Origin: an uncultured Methanoregulaceae archaeon
GTDB taxonomy: Archaea; Halobacteriota; Methanomicrobia; Methanomicrobiales; Methanospirillaceae
Direction: 5' to 3'
Assembly (NCBI GenBank): GCA_963717525.1
Contig: OY970343.1
Span: forward strand, 256,001-320,000
Length of the DNA stretch: 64,000 nucleotides
Positions 49,641-60,278 of the stretch are shown here, piece after piece. A model generated the notes under the pieces. The model was given only the letters and a program-made list of their open reading frames with translations, had not been told where the DNA came from and did no database searches. A program made the position numbers and the translations under genes. Position 1 is the first letter of the stretch; the number at the start of each line of letters is the position of its first letter.

Positions 49641-50286
49641 ATGAAGATCACCGATGCCTGTGTCTATCCCTATCCTGCCGGTGATTCCTCCATCCGCAGG
49701 CTCGCGCTCGAGGCGCGCTCGTGCGGGTATGACAGCATCGTGGTACCAGAGACTTCTGCCGCCGGGATCTGTGGCGTTACCGTGATCCCAGGCACGTTCC
49801 TTGCCGGTATCCCTGCAAAGGATGTCCAGAACCGGATAAAAAAAAGCAGGGGAAGCGGTGCAGTCGTGTCCGTGCAGATGGGGGACAACGGCTTTAACCG
49901 TGCCGTGGCCGGGACAAACGGCGTCCATATCATACGAGGCATCGGTGCGGCTGACAAGCGTGCGTTCGATCACGTGGTGGCCAGGATCGCCGCGGAGAAC
50001 ATCACAGCCATTGATATCGACCTATCGCCGCTCATCTCCGGGCGCGGGCACCCCCGGCAGAAAGCGATCCACCGCTATCTCGATCTTATGGTCCTACACC
50101 GCAGGTTCGAATTCCCGCTCACCATCTCCTCATCGGCCAGGTCTGTTCTTGGCCTGCGGGCCGTGCGTGAGGTCAGCCGGCCTCTGCTCGCTTTTTGGCA
50201 TGGATGAGACCGATGTCCGTGAAGCGTTGGCCGGTGTCGGACGGGCAACCGAACCACGTGAGAGCATCGTAAAGGTGATCCCATGA
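49641..50286 (+). CDS. rnp3: Ribonuclease P protein component 3 (Rpp30), frameshift near 50175
   Basis: FNRAV, FDHVVARIAAE, PLTISSSA....LRA.RE; position between rpl15e and rnp2. Confidence 0.85.
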
Positions 50287-50840
50287 GTATACGCCCCCCC
50301 ACGCTCCGGGAAAAAAGGCGGTACCTGCTCGCCCGGATCGACCCGGCCGGTACAAACCCCGAGGCAAAAGACCTGTACTACGCGGTATACGAGGCCGTAG
50401 TCTCGCTCTTCGGGGACATGGCAGCAGCCGCGATGCAACCATCGGTACTTGCGGTGGAAGAGGGAAACGTGATCCTGCGCTGCCGCAGGGGTGCCGAACG
50501 GGAGTTTGCCATCGCGCTCTCAACACTAACGACCTGCCGGGATATCCCGGTTGCCCTTCGTATCCGTGCGGTCTCTGGAACCATCGAGAGCCTGCGGGAG
50601 CGGATCGCAGTGTTCTCACCGCAGGAAACATCAGCTGCCGGGCAGGATAGTATACCCACAGATGACGGAAAGTGCGGGACCCCACAGTACCAGTTTGGTT
50701 CCATCCCGGTCGAGATAGTCGTGTGCCACGGTCACAAGGTTGATGCATTAGAAAAGGGATTTAAAAATACACGCCGATTGTTCTTAACAACAGAAGATCT
50801 GGAGATTATCCATGCAACCACAATATCAGATGGGCTATGA
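50283..50840 (+). CDS. rnp2: Ribonuclease P protein component 2 (Pop5)
   Basis: [23 protein letters not shown]. Confidence 0.88.
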   Translation: MSIRPPTLREKRRYLLARIDPAGTNPEAKDLYYAVYEAVVSLFGDMAAAAMQPSVLAVEEGNVILRCRRGAEREFAIALSTLTTCRDIPVALRIRAVSGTIESLRERIAVFSPQETSAAGQDSIPTDDGKCGTPQYQFGSIPVEIVVCHGHKVDALEKGFKNTRRLFLTTEDLEIIHATTISDGL

Positions 50841-51534
50841 CCGGGCGATCACCGTTTTCTCGCCTGACGGCAGGTTATACCAGGTGGAATATGCCCGGGA
50901 AGCGGTAAAGCGCGGAACCACGGCAGTCGGAATCAAGGCGGAGGGAGGGATCGTGCTTATCGTCGATAAGCGTGTCAGTTCCAAGCTTCTTGAATCATCG
51001 TCTATCGAGAAGATCTTTAAGATAGACGATCACATCGGGGTCGCCTCATCGGGTCTTGTTGGGGATGCGCGGGCCCTCGTGGACCGGGCGCGGATCGAAT
51101 GCCAGATCAACCGGGTCTCCTACGATGAGCGGATTGAAGTCGAGGCTTTGGCAAAGAAGCTCTGCGACCACATGCAGACCCTCACCCAGTATGGCGGCAT
51201 CCGCCCGTACGGCACGGCCCTCCTGATAGCCGGGGTGAGTGACGGTGAATGCCGGCTTTTCGAGACCGACCCGTCCGGCACACTCCTTGAATATAAGGCG
51301 ACCGGGATCGGCATCGGCAGGCCGGCGGCCATGAAGGTCTTTGAAGAAGAATACACCCCGGCCCTTCCGATCAAGGATGCCATCCTCCTCGGGCTCAAGG
51401 CGCTGCACTCGGCAACCGAAGGCAAGTTCGACGTTGACACCGTGGAGATCGGGATCGTCGAATGCAGCACGGCGACGTTCAAGAAGATGACCAAGGAAGA
51501 AGTCGCATCGTACGTCGGTCAGTTTAAACAGTGA
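50812..51534 (+). CDS. psmA: Proteasome alpha subunit
   Basis: [28 protein letters not shown]. Confidence 0.97.
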   Translation: MQPQYQMGYDRAITVFSPDGRLYQVEYAREAVKRGTTAVGIKAEGGIVLIVDKRVSSKLLESSSIEKIFKIDDHIGVASSGLVGDARALVDRARIECQINRVSYDERIEVEALAKKLCDHMQTLTQYGGIRPYGTALLIAGVSDGECRLFETDPSGTLLEYKATGIGIGRPAAMKVFEEEYTPALPIKDAILLGLKALHSATEGKFDVDTVEIGIVECSTATFKKMTKEEVASYVGQFKQ

Positions 51535-51540
51535 TCCGGT

Positions 51541-52245
51541 ATGATCTCTCTTGAGCAGGCAGTGGTAGCCCGGCTTGAAAGCCACGGGGAAAAGTTCGAA
51601 ATCCTAGTCGAACCCCACCTTGCAGCACGTATACGACAAGGCGAGAACATCAATATCGAGGACGCCGTGGCTGCCTTAAACGTGTTCGGGAATTCGTCAA
51701 AAGCCACCCGGGCATCCGAGGAATCGCTGGAAAAGGTCTTCCACACCACGGATTTTGCGACGGTGGCAAAGAAGATCATCGAAAAAGGCGAGATCCACCT
51801 GACCGCCGACCAGCGTAGGGAAATGACCGAGGAAAAGCGCCGCAAGGTGATCAATTTTATTGCACGGAATGCGGTCAATCCCCAGACCGGCCACCCGCAC
51901 CCGCCAACGCGGATTGAGATGGCGATGGAAGAGGCCCGGGTCAATATCGATCCCTTCAAGCATGTCGAAGAACAGGTGAAAGAAGTCGTCAAGGCGCTCC
52001 GGCCGATCCTGCCCATCCGGTTCGAGGAACTCCGGCTTGCCGTGAGGATCCCGGCCGATAACGCCGCCCGCGCATACGGGGACATTGCGGCGGCAAGCAC
52101 CATGGAGAAAGACGAGTGGCAGAAAGATGGCTCATGGGTCTGCGTCGTGCGGATCCCGGCCGGCATCCAGGGCGAGTTTTATGATCTCGTCAACAAGATC
52201 AGCAAAGGCGAAGGACAGGTAAAGATCCTCAATCAAGTATATTAA
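51541..52245 (+). CDS. Ribosome assembly factor SBDS
   Basis: [32 protein letters not shown]. Confidence 0.95.
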   Translation: MISLEQAVVARLESHGEKFEILVEPHLAARIRQGENINIEDAVAALNVFGNSSKATRASEESLEKVFHTTDFATVAKKIIEKGEIHLTADQRREMTEEKRRKVINFIARNAVNPQTGHPHPPTRIEMAMEEARVNIDPFKHVEEQVKEVVKALRPILPIRFEELRLAVRIPADNAARAYGDIAAASTMEKDEWQKDGSWVCVVRIPAGIQGEFYDLVNKISKGEGQVKILNQVY

Positions 52246-52288
52246 TTGCGAGGACAAATATAGAAAGTCAATTCGGTGGATACCTATC

Positions 52289-52588
52289 ATGGCAAGCTCG
52301 GAAAACTCAGCAAAAGGAAAAGTAACCGGTAGTGCAGGGCGTTTTGGCTGCAGGTATGGAAGATTCGTGCGCAAGCGTGTTGCCGAGATGGAGAAGATCT
52401 CACGGGCAGATCACCGGTGCCCGAAGTGCGACACAATATCGGTACAGCGCCGGGGTACAGGCATCTGGGAGTGCCGGAAATGCGGGTACAAATTCGCCGG
52501 CGGTGCATACCAGCCTGAGACCCCGGCCCTTCGTGTCGCCCTCCGTGCTATCGACCGCACCAGCGTCGTTGAAGAGAAAACTCATTAA
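52289..52588 (+). CDS. rpl37ae: 50S ribosomal protein L37Ae
   Basis: GRFG.RYG, CPKC, GTGIWECRKC, FAGGAY. Confidence 0.96.
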   Translation: MASSENSAKGKVTGSAGRFGCRYGRFVRKRVAEMEKISRADHRCPKCDTISVQRRGTGIWECRKCGYKFAGGAYQPETPALRVALRAIDRTSVVEEKTH

Positions 52589-52600
52589 ACTGGACCTGCA

Positions 52601-52735
52601 ATGGCAAGTACCTACAAATGCGCACGGTGCAAACAGAAGGTGGAGATCGACGTTAACGTCCGGTGTCCCTACTGTGGCCACCGCATCCTGTTCAAGGAAC
52701 GCGGTGCAGCAATAAAAGAGCTCAAAGCCTTGTAA
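52601..52735 (+). CDS. rpo12: RNA polymerase subunit Rpo12 (P)
   Basis: Manual translation [44 protein letters not shown]. Confidence 0.93.
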   Translation: MASTYKCARCKQKVEIDVNVRCPYCGHRILFKERGAAIKELKAL

Positions 52736-52807
52736 AGATCCGGAGCCGGTTACCCGGCAGTCCCCTTTTTTATTCTTGTTTTTCCAATACCTTGACGAGG
52801 TAATCCT

Positions 52808-53050
52808 GTGCCGCAGCATGAAGCCATGTTTCGTTTTACAACCGATTACGCAGACCAGATCTACCGGTCGCTCCTTCCTGAGCTTCAGGATGAAGTGAAC
52901 CCACGGTCGGCGACCTGCTGCTGGGTCGAGGGAACCGACACGCTGGTCCTGCGGGTCGAGGCGCAGGACATCGCAGCGCTGCGTGCGGCGCTCAATATGT
53001 TCCTGCGACTGGTCAGCATTGCTGACGAGATGCAGCAGATCTCCTCATAA
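52808..53050 (+). CDS. pcc1: KEOPS complex subunit Pcc1
   Basis: IYRSLLPE...RS...L.VEAQDIAALRAALN.FLRL. Confidence 0.9.
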   Translation: MPQHEAMFRFTTDYADQIYRSLLPELQDEVNPRSATCCWVEGTDTLVLRVEAQDIAALRAALNMFLRLVSIADEMQQISS

Positions 53051-53166
53051 GAATCTCATCGCCGTCCTCATGCTATCCTGATGCCGGTGCGGGGCCTGCC
53101 GCCGGCAAATGGATGCGGAATCATTTTTATTGCTGGCAGATGAACCTAGATACGGAAGATACGATC

Positions 53167-53529
53167 ATGCAAAACATATCCCCCAAAGTCCAGAACCAGT
53201 TCGCGATGCTCCAGCAGGTTCAGCAGCAGCTCCAGACCGTCCTTTCGCAGAAGACCCAGTACGAGATGGCGGTCCGCGAGGCCAAGCGCGCCGAAGAAGA
53301 GGTCAAGGATACTGCCGATGATACCCCCATGTTCATGAGCATCGGGACGGTCATGGTGCAGAAGAAGAAGGACTACGTCTCCGGGAAACTTGCCGAGAAG
53401 GTGGAGACGCTTGAGCTCAGGATCAAGTCCCTTGAGAAACAGGAGACGATGCTGCAGACCAAGTTCGAGCAGCTCCAGGCACAGATCAAGGCCGCACTCG
53501 AGGGCAAGAGTGCCCCGAATGCAGCATAA
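53167..53529 (+). CDS. pfdB: Prefoldin beta subunit
   Basis: LQQVQQQLQ...MFMSIGTVMV...ETLELRIKSLEKQE. Confidence 0.93.
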   Translation: MQNISPKVQNQFAMLQQVQQQLQTVLSQKTQYEMAVREAKRAEEEVKDTADDTPMFMSIGTVMVQKKKDYVSGKLAEKVETLELRIKSLEKQETMLQTKFEQLQAQIKAALEGKSAPNAA

Positions 53530-53627
53530 CCTTTTTTAAAACGTTCCTAGCGGATTAGAATACCCCCCACAGTATCGGCTGGCCGGGTGTCGATCCGTTT
53601 TCCTCGTTCCTGTAAAAAACAGCAGGT

Positions 53628-55145
53628 TTAGTCCCTGCTGGTCAGGTTGATCGCGTTTACCAGCGCATCGACAGAGGCGAGCACGATATCGTCGCCGCTG
53701 CCGCTAGCATCGTAGATGTGCCCATGCTCGTCCTCTACTGCGATCGTCACATGGCAGATCGCGTCCGAACCGCCGCTGATAGCTTCAATATGGAACTCGG
53801 TCAGCTGGATCCGGGCCGGGATGATCCCCACGATCGCCTTGAGCGCTGCGTCCACGGGGCCGTTTCCTACACTGGAGAAAACATGCTCGGTTCCGTTGAC
53901 CTGCGCCCGAACGCTCGCCGTCGGGATAACGTGGTTACCGGTCATGATCGCGATATCGTCAAGCCGGAAGACCTTTTTCCCGGCAGCGATCCCCATAACG
54001 CTCTCGGCGATCTCGTAGAGATCGGCATCGGTCATCCGTTTTCCCCTGCTTGCGATTGCCTTGACCCTTTCTACGATCTCATCAAGCTGCGCATCGCCGG
54101 GTTCGATATGAGCATCTATGAGCATCTGGCGCACCGCATGCCTGCCCACGTGTTTACCAAGCGTCAGCCGGCGCCGGTGCCCGACCATCTCGGGGGTCAT
54201 GATGCCGGGCTCGAACGTCTCGGAGCACTTGAGGACTCCCTGGGTGTGGATACCACTCTCGTGCGAGAAGACGTTCTCCCCGACCACCGGCTGGGTGGGG
54301 GGATACCGATTCCCGAAAACCGGGACACAAGCCGCGAGGTCTCTACGAGGCGCTCCTTCTTAATCCCGGTACGGATACCGTAGATCGACTCCATGATCAT
54401 CACCGTCTGGGCGAGGTCGGCGTTGCCGGCCCGTTCCCCAAGGCCGTTGACGGTCACCTGCACCTGCGAAGCGCCGGCTTCCACCGCAGCGATCGTGTTT
54501 GCCACCGCAAGACCGAAGTCGTTGTGGCAGTGGACATCGAGCGGGCAGTCGACCTCGCGGGAGAGCCTGCCCATCAGGGTCTTCATCCCCGAAGGAGAGA
54601 TGACGCCTACGGTATCCGGGATGTTGATGATCGTTGCTCCTGCCCGTGCAGCGGTGCGACAGACCTCGACAAGGTAATCGCCATCCGTCCGCGTCGCGTC
54701 CATGGGCGAGAACATGCACATGGTCAACATGATCCCGGGCGTACCGGATAATCTCTTCGGTGATCGAAAGCACCTGCTCCCGGGTCTTGTTGATCGTGTT
54801 CTCCCGCTGGATGTCCGAGGTTGGGATGAAGACATGGATCATGTCGACATCACAGTCAATGCAGGCATCTACATCGGCTTTGACCGATCGGGCGAGACCG
54901 CATATGTTTGCCTCAAGGCCGAGCTTCCTGATGGCGGCCACCGTCTCTTTCTCGGCGGCCGACGATGCAGGGAACCCTGCCTCGATCGTATGGACACCGA
55001 TGGCCGAGAGCTGACGGGCAATCTCGATCTTCTGTTCAAACGTGAATGCTATCCCCGGGGTCTGTTCTCCGTCCCGGAGCGTGGTATCAAAAACGGTCAC
55101 GTCTTCATGCGCACGGCTGTCCGTGAAGAAGACGATCCCCCGCAA
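53628..55145 (-). CDS. 2-isopropylmalate/citramalate synthase family (frameshifts near 54720 and 54300)
   Basis: FDTTLRDGEQTPG, PDTVG, HCHNDFGLA.AN, GERAGN, HESGIH, GNGPVDA spread over three frames. Confidence 0.9.
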
Positions 55146-55293
55146 AATCCTTGCGAGCCATGATCATTCATACGGCCCCGGATTATTTAAAGAAACCCTG
55201 CACCACGTTTTGTACCCTGTCGTTTTTGCGCCTAAACCGGGAGATCTTACGATATGTTTAATAGGAAACTATCCCTACATTATTAGGCAGTGC

Positions 55294-55400
55294 CCCGCCT
55301 TAACTCAGCCTGGTAGAGTGCGCGGCTGTAGTATGGTTTGCCGGTATCCGGCAACTGCGCGGCTACCGCGATGTCCCCGGTCCGAATCCGGGAGGCGGGA
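55294..55400 (+). tRNA. tRNA-Tyr(GTA) with 33-nt intron at position 37/38 (55332-55364)
   Basis: CCCGCCT/AGGCGGG-A acceptor (C1-G72, A73); CGCGG-CT-GTA-G[intron]A-CCGCG; CUGU pairs with intron GCGG as the BHB-type central helix. Confidence 0.93.
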
Positions 55401-55416
55401 TATTACTGTAAAAAAT

Positions 55417-55489
55417 GCCCAGGTAGTGTAGCGGCCTATCATGATTGCCTGTCACGCAATCGACTCGGATTCGAATTCCGACCTGGGCG
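55417..55489 (+). tRNA. tRNA-Asp(GTC)
   Basis: GCCCAGG/CCTGGGC-G acceptor; ATTGC-CT-GTC-AC-GCAAT; TTCGAAT. Confidence 0.96.
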
Positions 55490-55579
55490 TACGTTTCTCG
55501 GGTAGGAAGCCCGGCTGACCCTCAACGTCCGCCGGCCACATCCGCCAGCTTTTTGAATACGCCGGGGCACCCGACCGGC

Positions 55580-56811
55580 ATGGAACCAAAAAACGTCCGT
55601 CAGCACGCACCCACCACACGGGATCGGGCGTTCCACATTCTGAAGCCGAATGCATACAGAAGCGCCTCGAAATTGCATACGAGGCTAAGTGGATTAAATA
55701 CGCCGACTGGATGCATATCAAGAATTACATCGAAGAACGGAGGGTAGTAGCAAACATCCAGGAACCCCGGGCCTTCAAGATCATGTCTGTCCTCGTGAAC
55801 TGGCGACGGTTCATCGGGCCGTTTGAACTGAACACGGCAGATGACATCTACCAGGGGATTGCCAAGAGGAAATCGACCCTTTACCGTGGCAAGCCAATCA
55901 AACAGAACACACTCAGGGATTACATCACGTTCCTGAAACGGTTTTATCACTGGCTGATCGAGAACAAGTATTCGAGGATACCATGGGATAAGATCAAGGT
56001 AATCAAGCCTCCCGGGGCTGACACCATGGCCACAACCGCTGAGGATCTGCTCACCGAGCAGGAGGTACTGGCCATGATCGATGCCTGCAGGAACTCCCGG
56101 GACCGGGCCCTTATAGGCGTTGGGTACGAGGGGGCTTTCCGGGCTATCGAATTGGCCACCCTCGAATGGCAGGCGGTAAAATTCGATCCGCTCGGCGTCG
56201 TGATCAACACCAACAAGAAAACAGAGAAGTCGCGGTACATCCGGCTCGTCTCCTCGGTCCCGCTATTCGCTGCCTGGAAACGGGATTACCCGTACGAACC
56301 GACCGGCGAGAACCTCGTGTTCATCACCCGCCAGAATAAGCCGCTCGAACACGGCCAGTTTACGGCGCAGCTCAAGAAGATTGCCCGTCGGGCCGGTATC
56401 AGGAAGCGGATACATTTCCACCTCTTCCGGGACAGCCGGGTCACCCACCTGCTCCAGCAGCATTGCAGCGAGGCAGTGGTCAAGCAGATGTGCTGGGGCA
56501 GCCAGTCAACCAAAATGCTGGGAAATTATGCCCACCTCAGCAGCGTGGATGTCGATAACGAGGTATCCGGTTACATGGCATTGAGCGCCCCGAACAGTCC
56601 ACTAAGTCCCTGATGACAGCCATCCAGTGCTCCAACTGCCAGGCCATCTGTGAACCCGGTACGCGGTACTGTGGGGTATGCGGTATGCCGTTGACAGGTA
56701 CAGGAAGAGCAGACCCTGGGGCAGATCGTAAAGAAGATCGAACGGCACCCGGTATACCAGTCCTTGATCGAAGACGTGAAGAAGCGTGCCAGTGAGCTGG
56801 TGGCCGCATAA
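55580..56811 (+). CDS. Tyrosine recombinase/integrase with C-terminal double zinc ribbon (about three frameshifts; possibly a pseudogene)
   Basis: RDRALI...GAFRAIEL (R), HLFRDSR (HxxR), MCWG, NYAHL (Y); C-terminal CSNC...CGVCG; directly downstream of tRNA-Asp. Confidence 0.85.
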
Positions 56812-57114
56812 GGCTGATCCGGGAAATCCCCTTTTTTAAATGTTATATATCCATGAGTTTATCTGATTCTTAATTATGATTTAATCCCCATATCTTCATA
56901 TATGCCTAAAAATAAAGTTTTATATAGAAGTTATAATCAATTTTTATAATCGATATGAGTAATGAAAATTTCCTTTAACAGAGTGTTAAAGGAAAAATAA
57001 CCTCTTTTGGCGGTTTTGTTCCATTTCACATCTAAAAACTAATATTTAAAAATAATGCAAAAAGTATTTCATGTAGACATGTGAACAAAAGCTGCGAAAA
57101 AGGGGGTTAAAATT

Positions 57115-57279
57115 TTGAAAGCGGATCGGGAAACCATCACCTTCGAACAATTCAAAGCGCTACCGTCGGACCTGCATCGCGAGGTCGTAAAGATCCTTCT
57201 TCGTCGGGGTGAATGGGTTTTGAAAGACGATGCCGGGCTTGCCGATCTGGTTGGGATAGAGTTACGGGGGAAGTCCTGA
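57115..57279 (+). CDS. Small hypothetical protein (54 aa)
   Basis: TTG start behind GGGGGT; LKADRETITFEQFKALPSDLHREVVKILLRRGEWVL...; TGATG-coupled to the next ORF. Confidence 0.5.
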   Translation: MKADRETITFEQFKALPSDLHREVVKILLRRGEWVLKDDAGLADLVGIELRGKS

Positions 57280-57611
57280 TGGGTACGACACTTCGCGGCA
57301 TGGGTGCCGATAAAAAAATCCTAGTTCTGGCTATCTTCAAAACATTTGGATATCGCGTTTTTACTTATCGAGAGGTAAGTGCCCTTCCGGAATTTGACCA
57401 TGCGACATTTTTCCGTCTGTATGCGGACAAGATGATCCTTTGGGCTTCAAAAAGCAAACCTCTCCGCTACCGTCTTGGAACACAATACTCACGAAGAACA
57501 CGCGGTTTCGAACCGGTATTGCCCTCCGGTCGATCCTGTCAGGTAGATTCTCAAAATGTTGTGTATATAAGTGGACAACGGTGTCAGGTCGAAGGGGGGG
57601 AGACCGTGTAA
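57279..57611 (+). CDS. Hypothetical protein (possible wHTH)
   Basis: ATG overlaps the upstream TGA; FTYREV..LPEFD...F.RL..DK.I pattern. Confidence 0.5.
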   Translation: MGTTLRGMGADKKILVLAIFKTFGYRVFTYREVSALPEFDHATFFRLYADKMILWASKSKPLRYRLGTQYSRRTRGFEPVLPSGRSCQVDSQNVVYISGQRCQVEGGETV

Positions 57612-57682
57612 CTATGACGCGTTATCCCAACTGCAGAGGTCTGGGAAACGACAGTTGAACTCGCTGGCTGCTGCGGGAATCA

Positions 57683-58036
57683 GTGAGTAAAACAATCAAA
57701 AAGAGGTGTTCAAACGATGGTGAAAATCGATGTTGGGGGGTCCCAATCAAGGCCAGCAACTGTCCCGGTACCCCCAAGGAAATCTCGTCTGCTTCCGGAC
57801 AGAGATGTACCGCCGCAGACAAACGTTCCCTCAACGGGTACAAAAAACGGATGTACCTCATGGAGTGCGATGAGGACGTGGCTACCGGTAAAACGAATTA
57901 CTGTAGAAGAATTCCCATCTACGATGAACCCATCCCGGGGACGGTACCCGACAGCCCGGGCAAAGCCCCGGAAGTGTCCCCAGGTGTCCCTCGCAAGGCA
58001 ACCGCAAATGGTGAGTGTACATTCGGCTGTGTGTGA
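57683..58036 (+). CDS. Cys-rich hypothetical protein
   Basis: 117-aa ORF with multiple Cys, co-oriented in the island's small-ORF run; start uncertain. Confidence 0.4.
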   Translation: MSKTIKKRCSNDGENRCWGVPIKASNCPGTPKEISSASGQRCTAADKRSLNGYKKRMYLMECDEDVATGKTNYCRRIPIYDEPIPGTVPDSPGKAPEVSPGVPRKATANGECTFGCV

Positions 58037-58305
58037 CCTTTCACGACGGTTACCGAGACGGTTGGGACAAAGCACATCTCAAAAGGCTGATGGAGAGGAG
58101 GAACCGAAAAAAGACAAATTTTTTTGAGTATACTACCGTTTAACTACAAACTCATAAAGAACATTACGAGGATAAAATTGGAAATCTATATTGGTACAAG
58201 TGATCTACGCAATTCATCATCAGTATAAATACAATAAAAATATCGATAAGCATCAGCCTATTGAGGGAGTGCCCAAAAGAGCGCATAATATAAAGGAGAT
58301 GTAAA

Positions 58306-58485
58306 ATGGTGAAAGAAAACGACGAATTCGAATCTGGGGACCTTTGGTACCTGGTGATTGGCGTATTCCCCGATGTTAATATGGTGCAGACTATCGAACA
58401 CCCTACCAAAAACAGTCATCCGAATAAACGGGACTATGTCTATTGGCCCATAAAACAGGCAGATGACCTGATTAATAAGGATTAA
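58306..58485 (+). CDS. Small hypothetical protein (59 aa)
   Basis: AAGGAG upstream of the ATG; MVKENDEFESGDLWYLVIGVFPD... Confidence 0.4.
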   Translation: MVKENDEFESGDLWYLVIGVFPDVNMVQTIEHPTKNSHPNKRDYVYWPIKQADDLINKD

Positions 58486-58970
58486 CCTCGTCGAACATCG
58501 TTGTGAATATCAATATGAAATAGAGGGGCAGTACTAACGGGACCTCCCAAAACAATTCCCCCAAAAAACCTAGACGGCCGGCTTCCCGCTCTTATGAGAT
58601 TCACCCAACCCCTCCAGCTCCCTACAAATCACCGCAAACTCCCCCACACTGCCCCCCCCGGCACCGCTGCATACAATATAGGCCCAGCGCGTAACCAGGG
58701 GGCCAAAACAGGGATTCTTTTCGATCCGGTATACAATTCCTTATCAGAACATCAGATCTGCCCACAGAAACGCATGGTGGGGGTTCCCTGTCATATCTGT
58801 ACAATCAATGCTGTGCTATCAGACATGCTAGTAAATCCCGGGCACAATGAAGGCACAGATCAGTAAATTACTGTACCCGGTCCTATGGGGCCCATGTTGT
58901 CATACGTGGTATGCCTCGTCTTTTAGGAAAGATGACCGTCCAAAATAGGAATTGGGCCAACTAAAAAGAA

Positions 58971-60278
58971 TTAGACATTAACAATTCCAGGTCGATTAAC
59001 ATGTCTTGATAGACGAGACTGGATATCAACTAATAATTGATGACGAATTTGGCACAATGGTTTTTTCCTATGTTTGAGGGAATAGTTTCTTTTATTATTT
59101 TTAAATTCCTCAAATTCTGCCGTCATTAAATATCTGAAGTCAAATACAAGTTTGTACCTTTTCAGATTATATTCAATTATAGGAGATTTACATGAAGAAT
59201 CGCCTGTTTTAATTTTATTGGAAAATTCTTCCGGCCATAAGAATCCCAATAAAAATCTGTGTTTTTTCCATTTTTTATTAGCATAATCACATGTTGGAGT
59301 TGCTTCAAGGATTATTTTTTTTACTTTGCGTAATAGCTGATTTCGTTTAGGATAGGTTTCTAATTCTCCATTGAATAAATCATCAACTTTTAGAGGAAAA
59401 TTTCTTCGGGAAAATTCATACAACGTTCCCGGTTGGGGAAAATCTGCTGTCTCGGAAATTGAAAGCAGCAACATTGAATTTATTTTCCCTCGGGTTTTTT
59501 TATCAATAACAGATTCTCTCAAATCAGATAGATTTAAAATTGTTTTAAGATTTATCCCGGCAGAGTTGAATTCCGGTGAAGATATTTTTTTTTCAAAAAC
59601 ATCTGTCAAGGCATAATTAATCGTAATCAGTGCATTCTGAATCATTTCATTGCTATCTTCAATATTCAGATGGTTAGCCAATTGTGCAAAAGAAAGAGCG
59701 TAAAATATTTCACAGATATTCTTATCCCATTTAGTACTTGGCTTTGATAGGGATGAAATACTAGCAACCATCTCTCCTGCACAATAGTGTGCAATATTTT
59801 CCCAGAGTGTCAGAATCTGAAAAGCGCTGGATTTTTTTAATTCTCTTGAAATATTTTCTTCAAGCTGGGCGAGATTACAAGTTTTTCGTTTGTTTCTCGT
59901 TTCAAAACACTTGGATTTTTCTAGGTCCAAGAAAAAAATGGGCCGGTTTTTTTTAATTTTTGTTTTAAGCTTTTTTAACAAATCCGCATGTTTTGTCCAC
60001 CCAATTATCATATATGGACCATTATCAGATGAAATAATTCGATTTAATATTCCAATCGCGGTAGAAATTTTTGTTTCATCTGGTTGACCAATTGTTCCGA
60101 GCTCAATATCTAAAAAAACAATTCTTATCCCTGATAGAGGTTTATCGGGTAGTTGTTCAATTTCACTTGAAAAATATGTTGAGGGGATACCCTTTTTTGA
60201 TAATGTTTCTATTAATGGGTAGGCTTCTTTTTTATTGTCATCAATAACAACAACTCTGCCGCTTTGTGAAATATTCAT
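58971..60278 (-). CDS. Receiver-domain protein with long uncharacterised C-terminal region
   Basis: VVVIDD, FLDIEL, IGWT receiver motifs; C-terminal ATPTCDYA motif; ATGA overlap with the kinase gene. Confidence 0.8.
   Translation of the reverse strand: MNISQSGRVVVIDDNKKEAYPLIETLSKKGIPSTYFSSEIEQLPDKPLSGIRIVFLDIELGTIGQPDETKISTAIGILNRIISSDNGPYMIIGWTKHADLLKKLKTKIKKNRPIFFLDLEKSKCFETRNKRKTCNLAQLEENISRELKKSSAFQILTLWENIAHYCAGEMVASISSLSKPSTKWDKNICEIFYALSFAQLANHLNIEDSNEMIQNALITINYALTDVFEKKISSPEFNSAGINLKTILNLSDLRESVIDKKTRGKINSMLLLSISETADFPQPGTLYEFSRRNFPLKVDDLFNGELETYPKRNQLLRKVKKIILEATPTCDYANKKWKKHRFLLGFLWPEEFSNKIKTGDSSCKSPIIEYNLKRYKLVFDFRYLMTAEFEEFKNNKRNYSLKHRKKPLCQIRHQLLVDIQSRLSRHVNRPGIVNV

Noticed and set aside
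55381..55387. tRNA-Tyr T-loop reads TCCGAAT instead of TTCGAAT
   Set aside because: A single-base deviation in an error-prone sequence; the rest of the tRNA and intron are canonical
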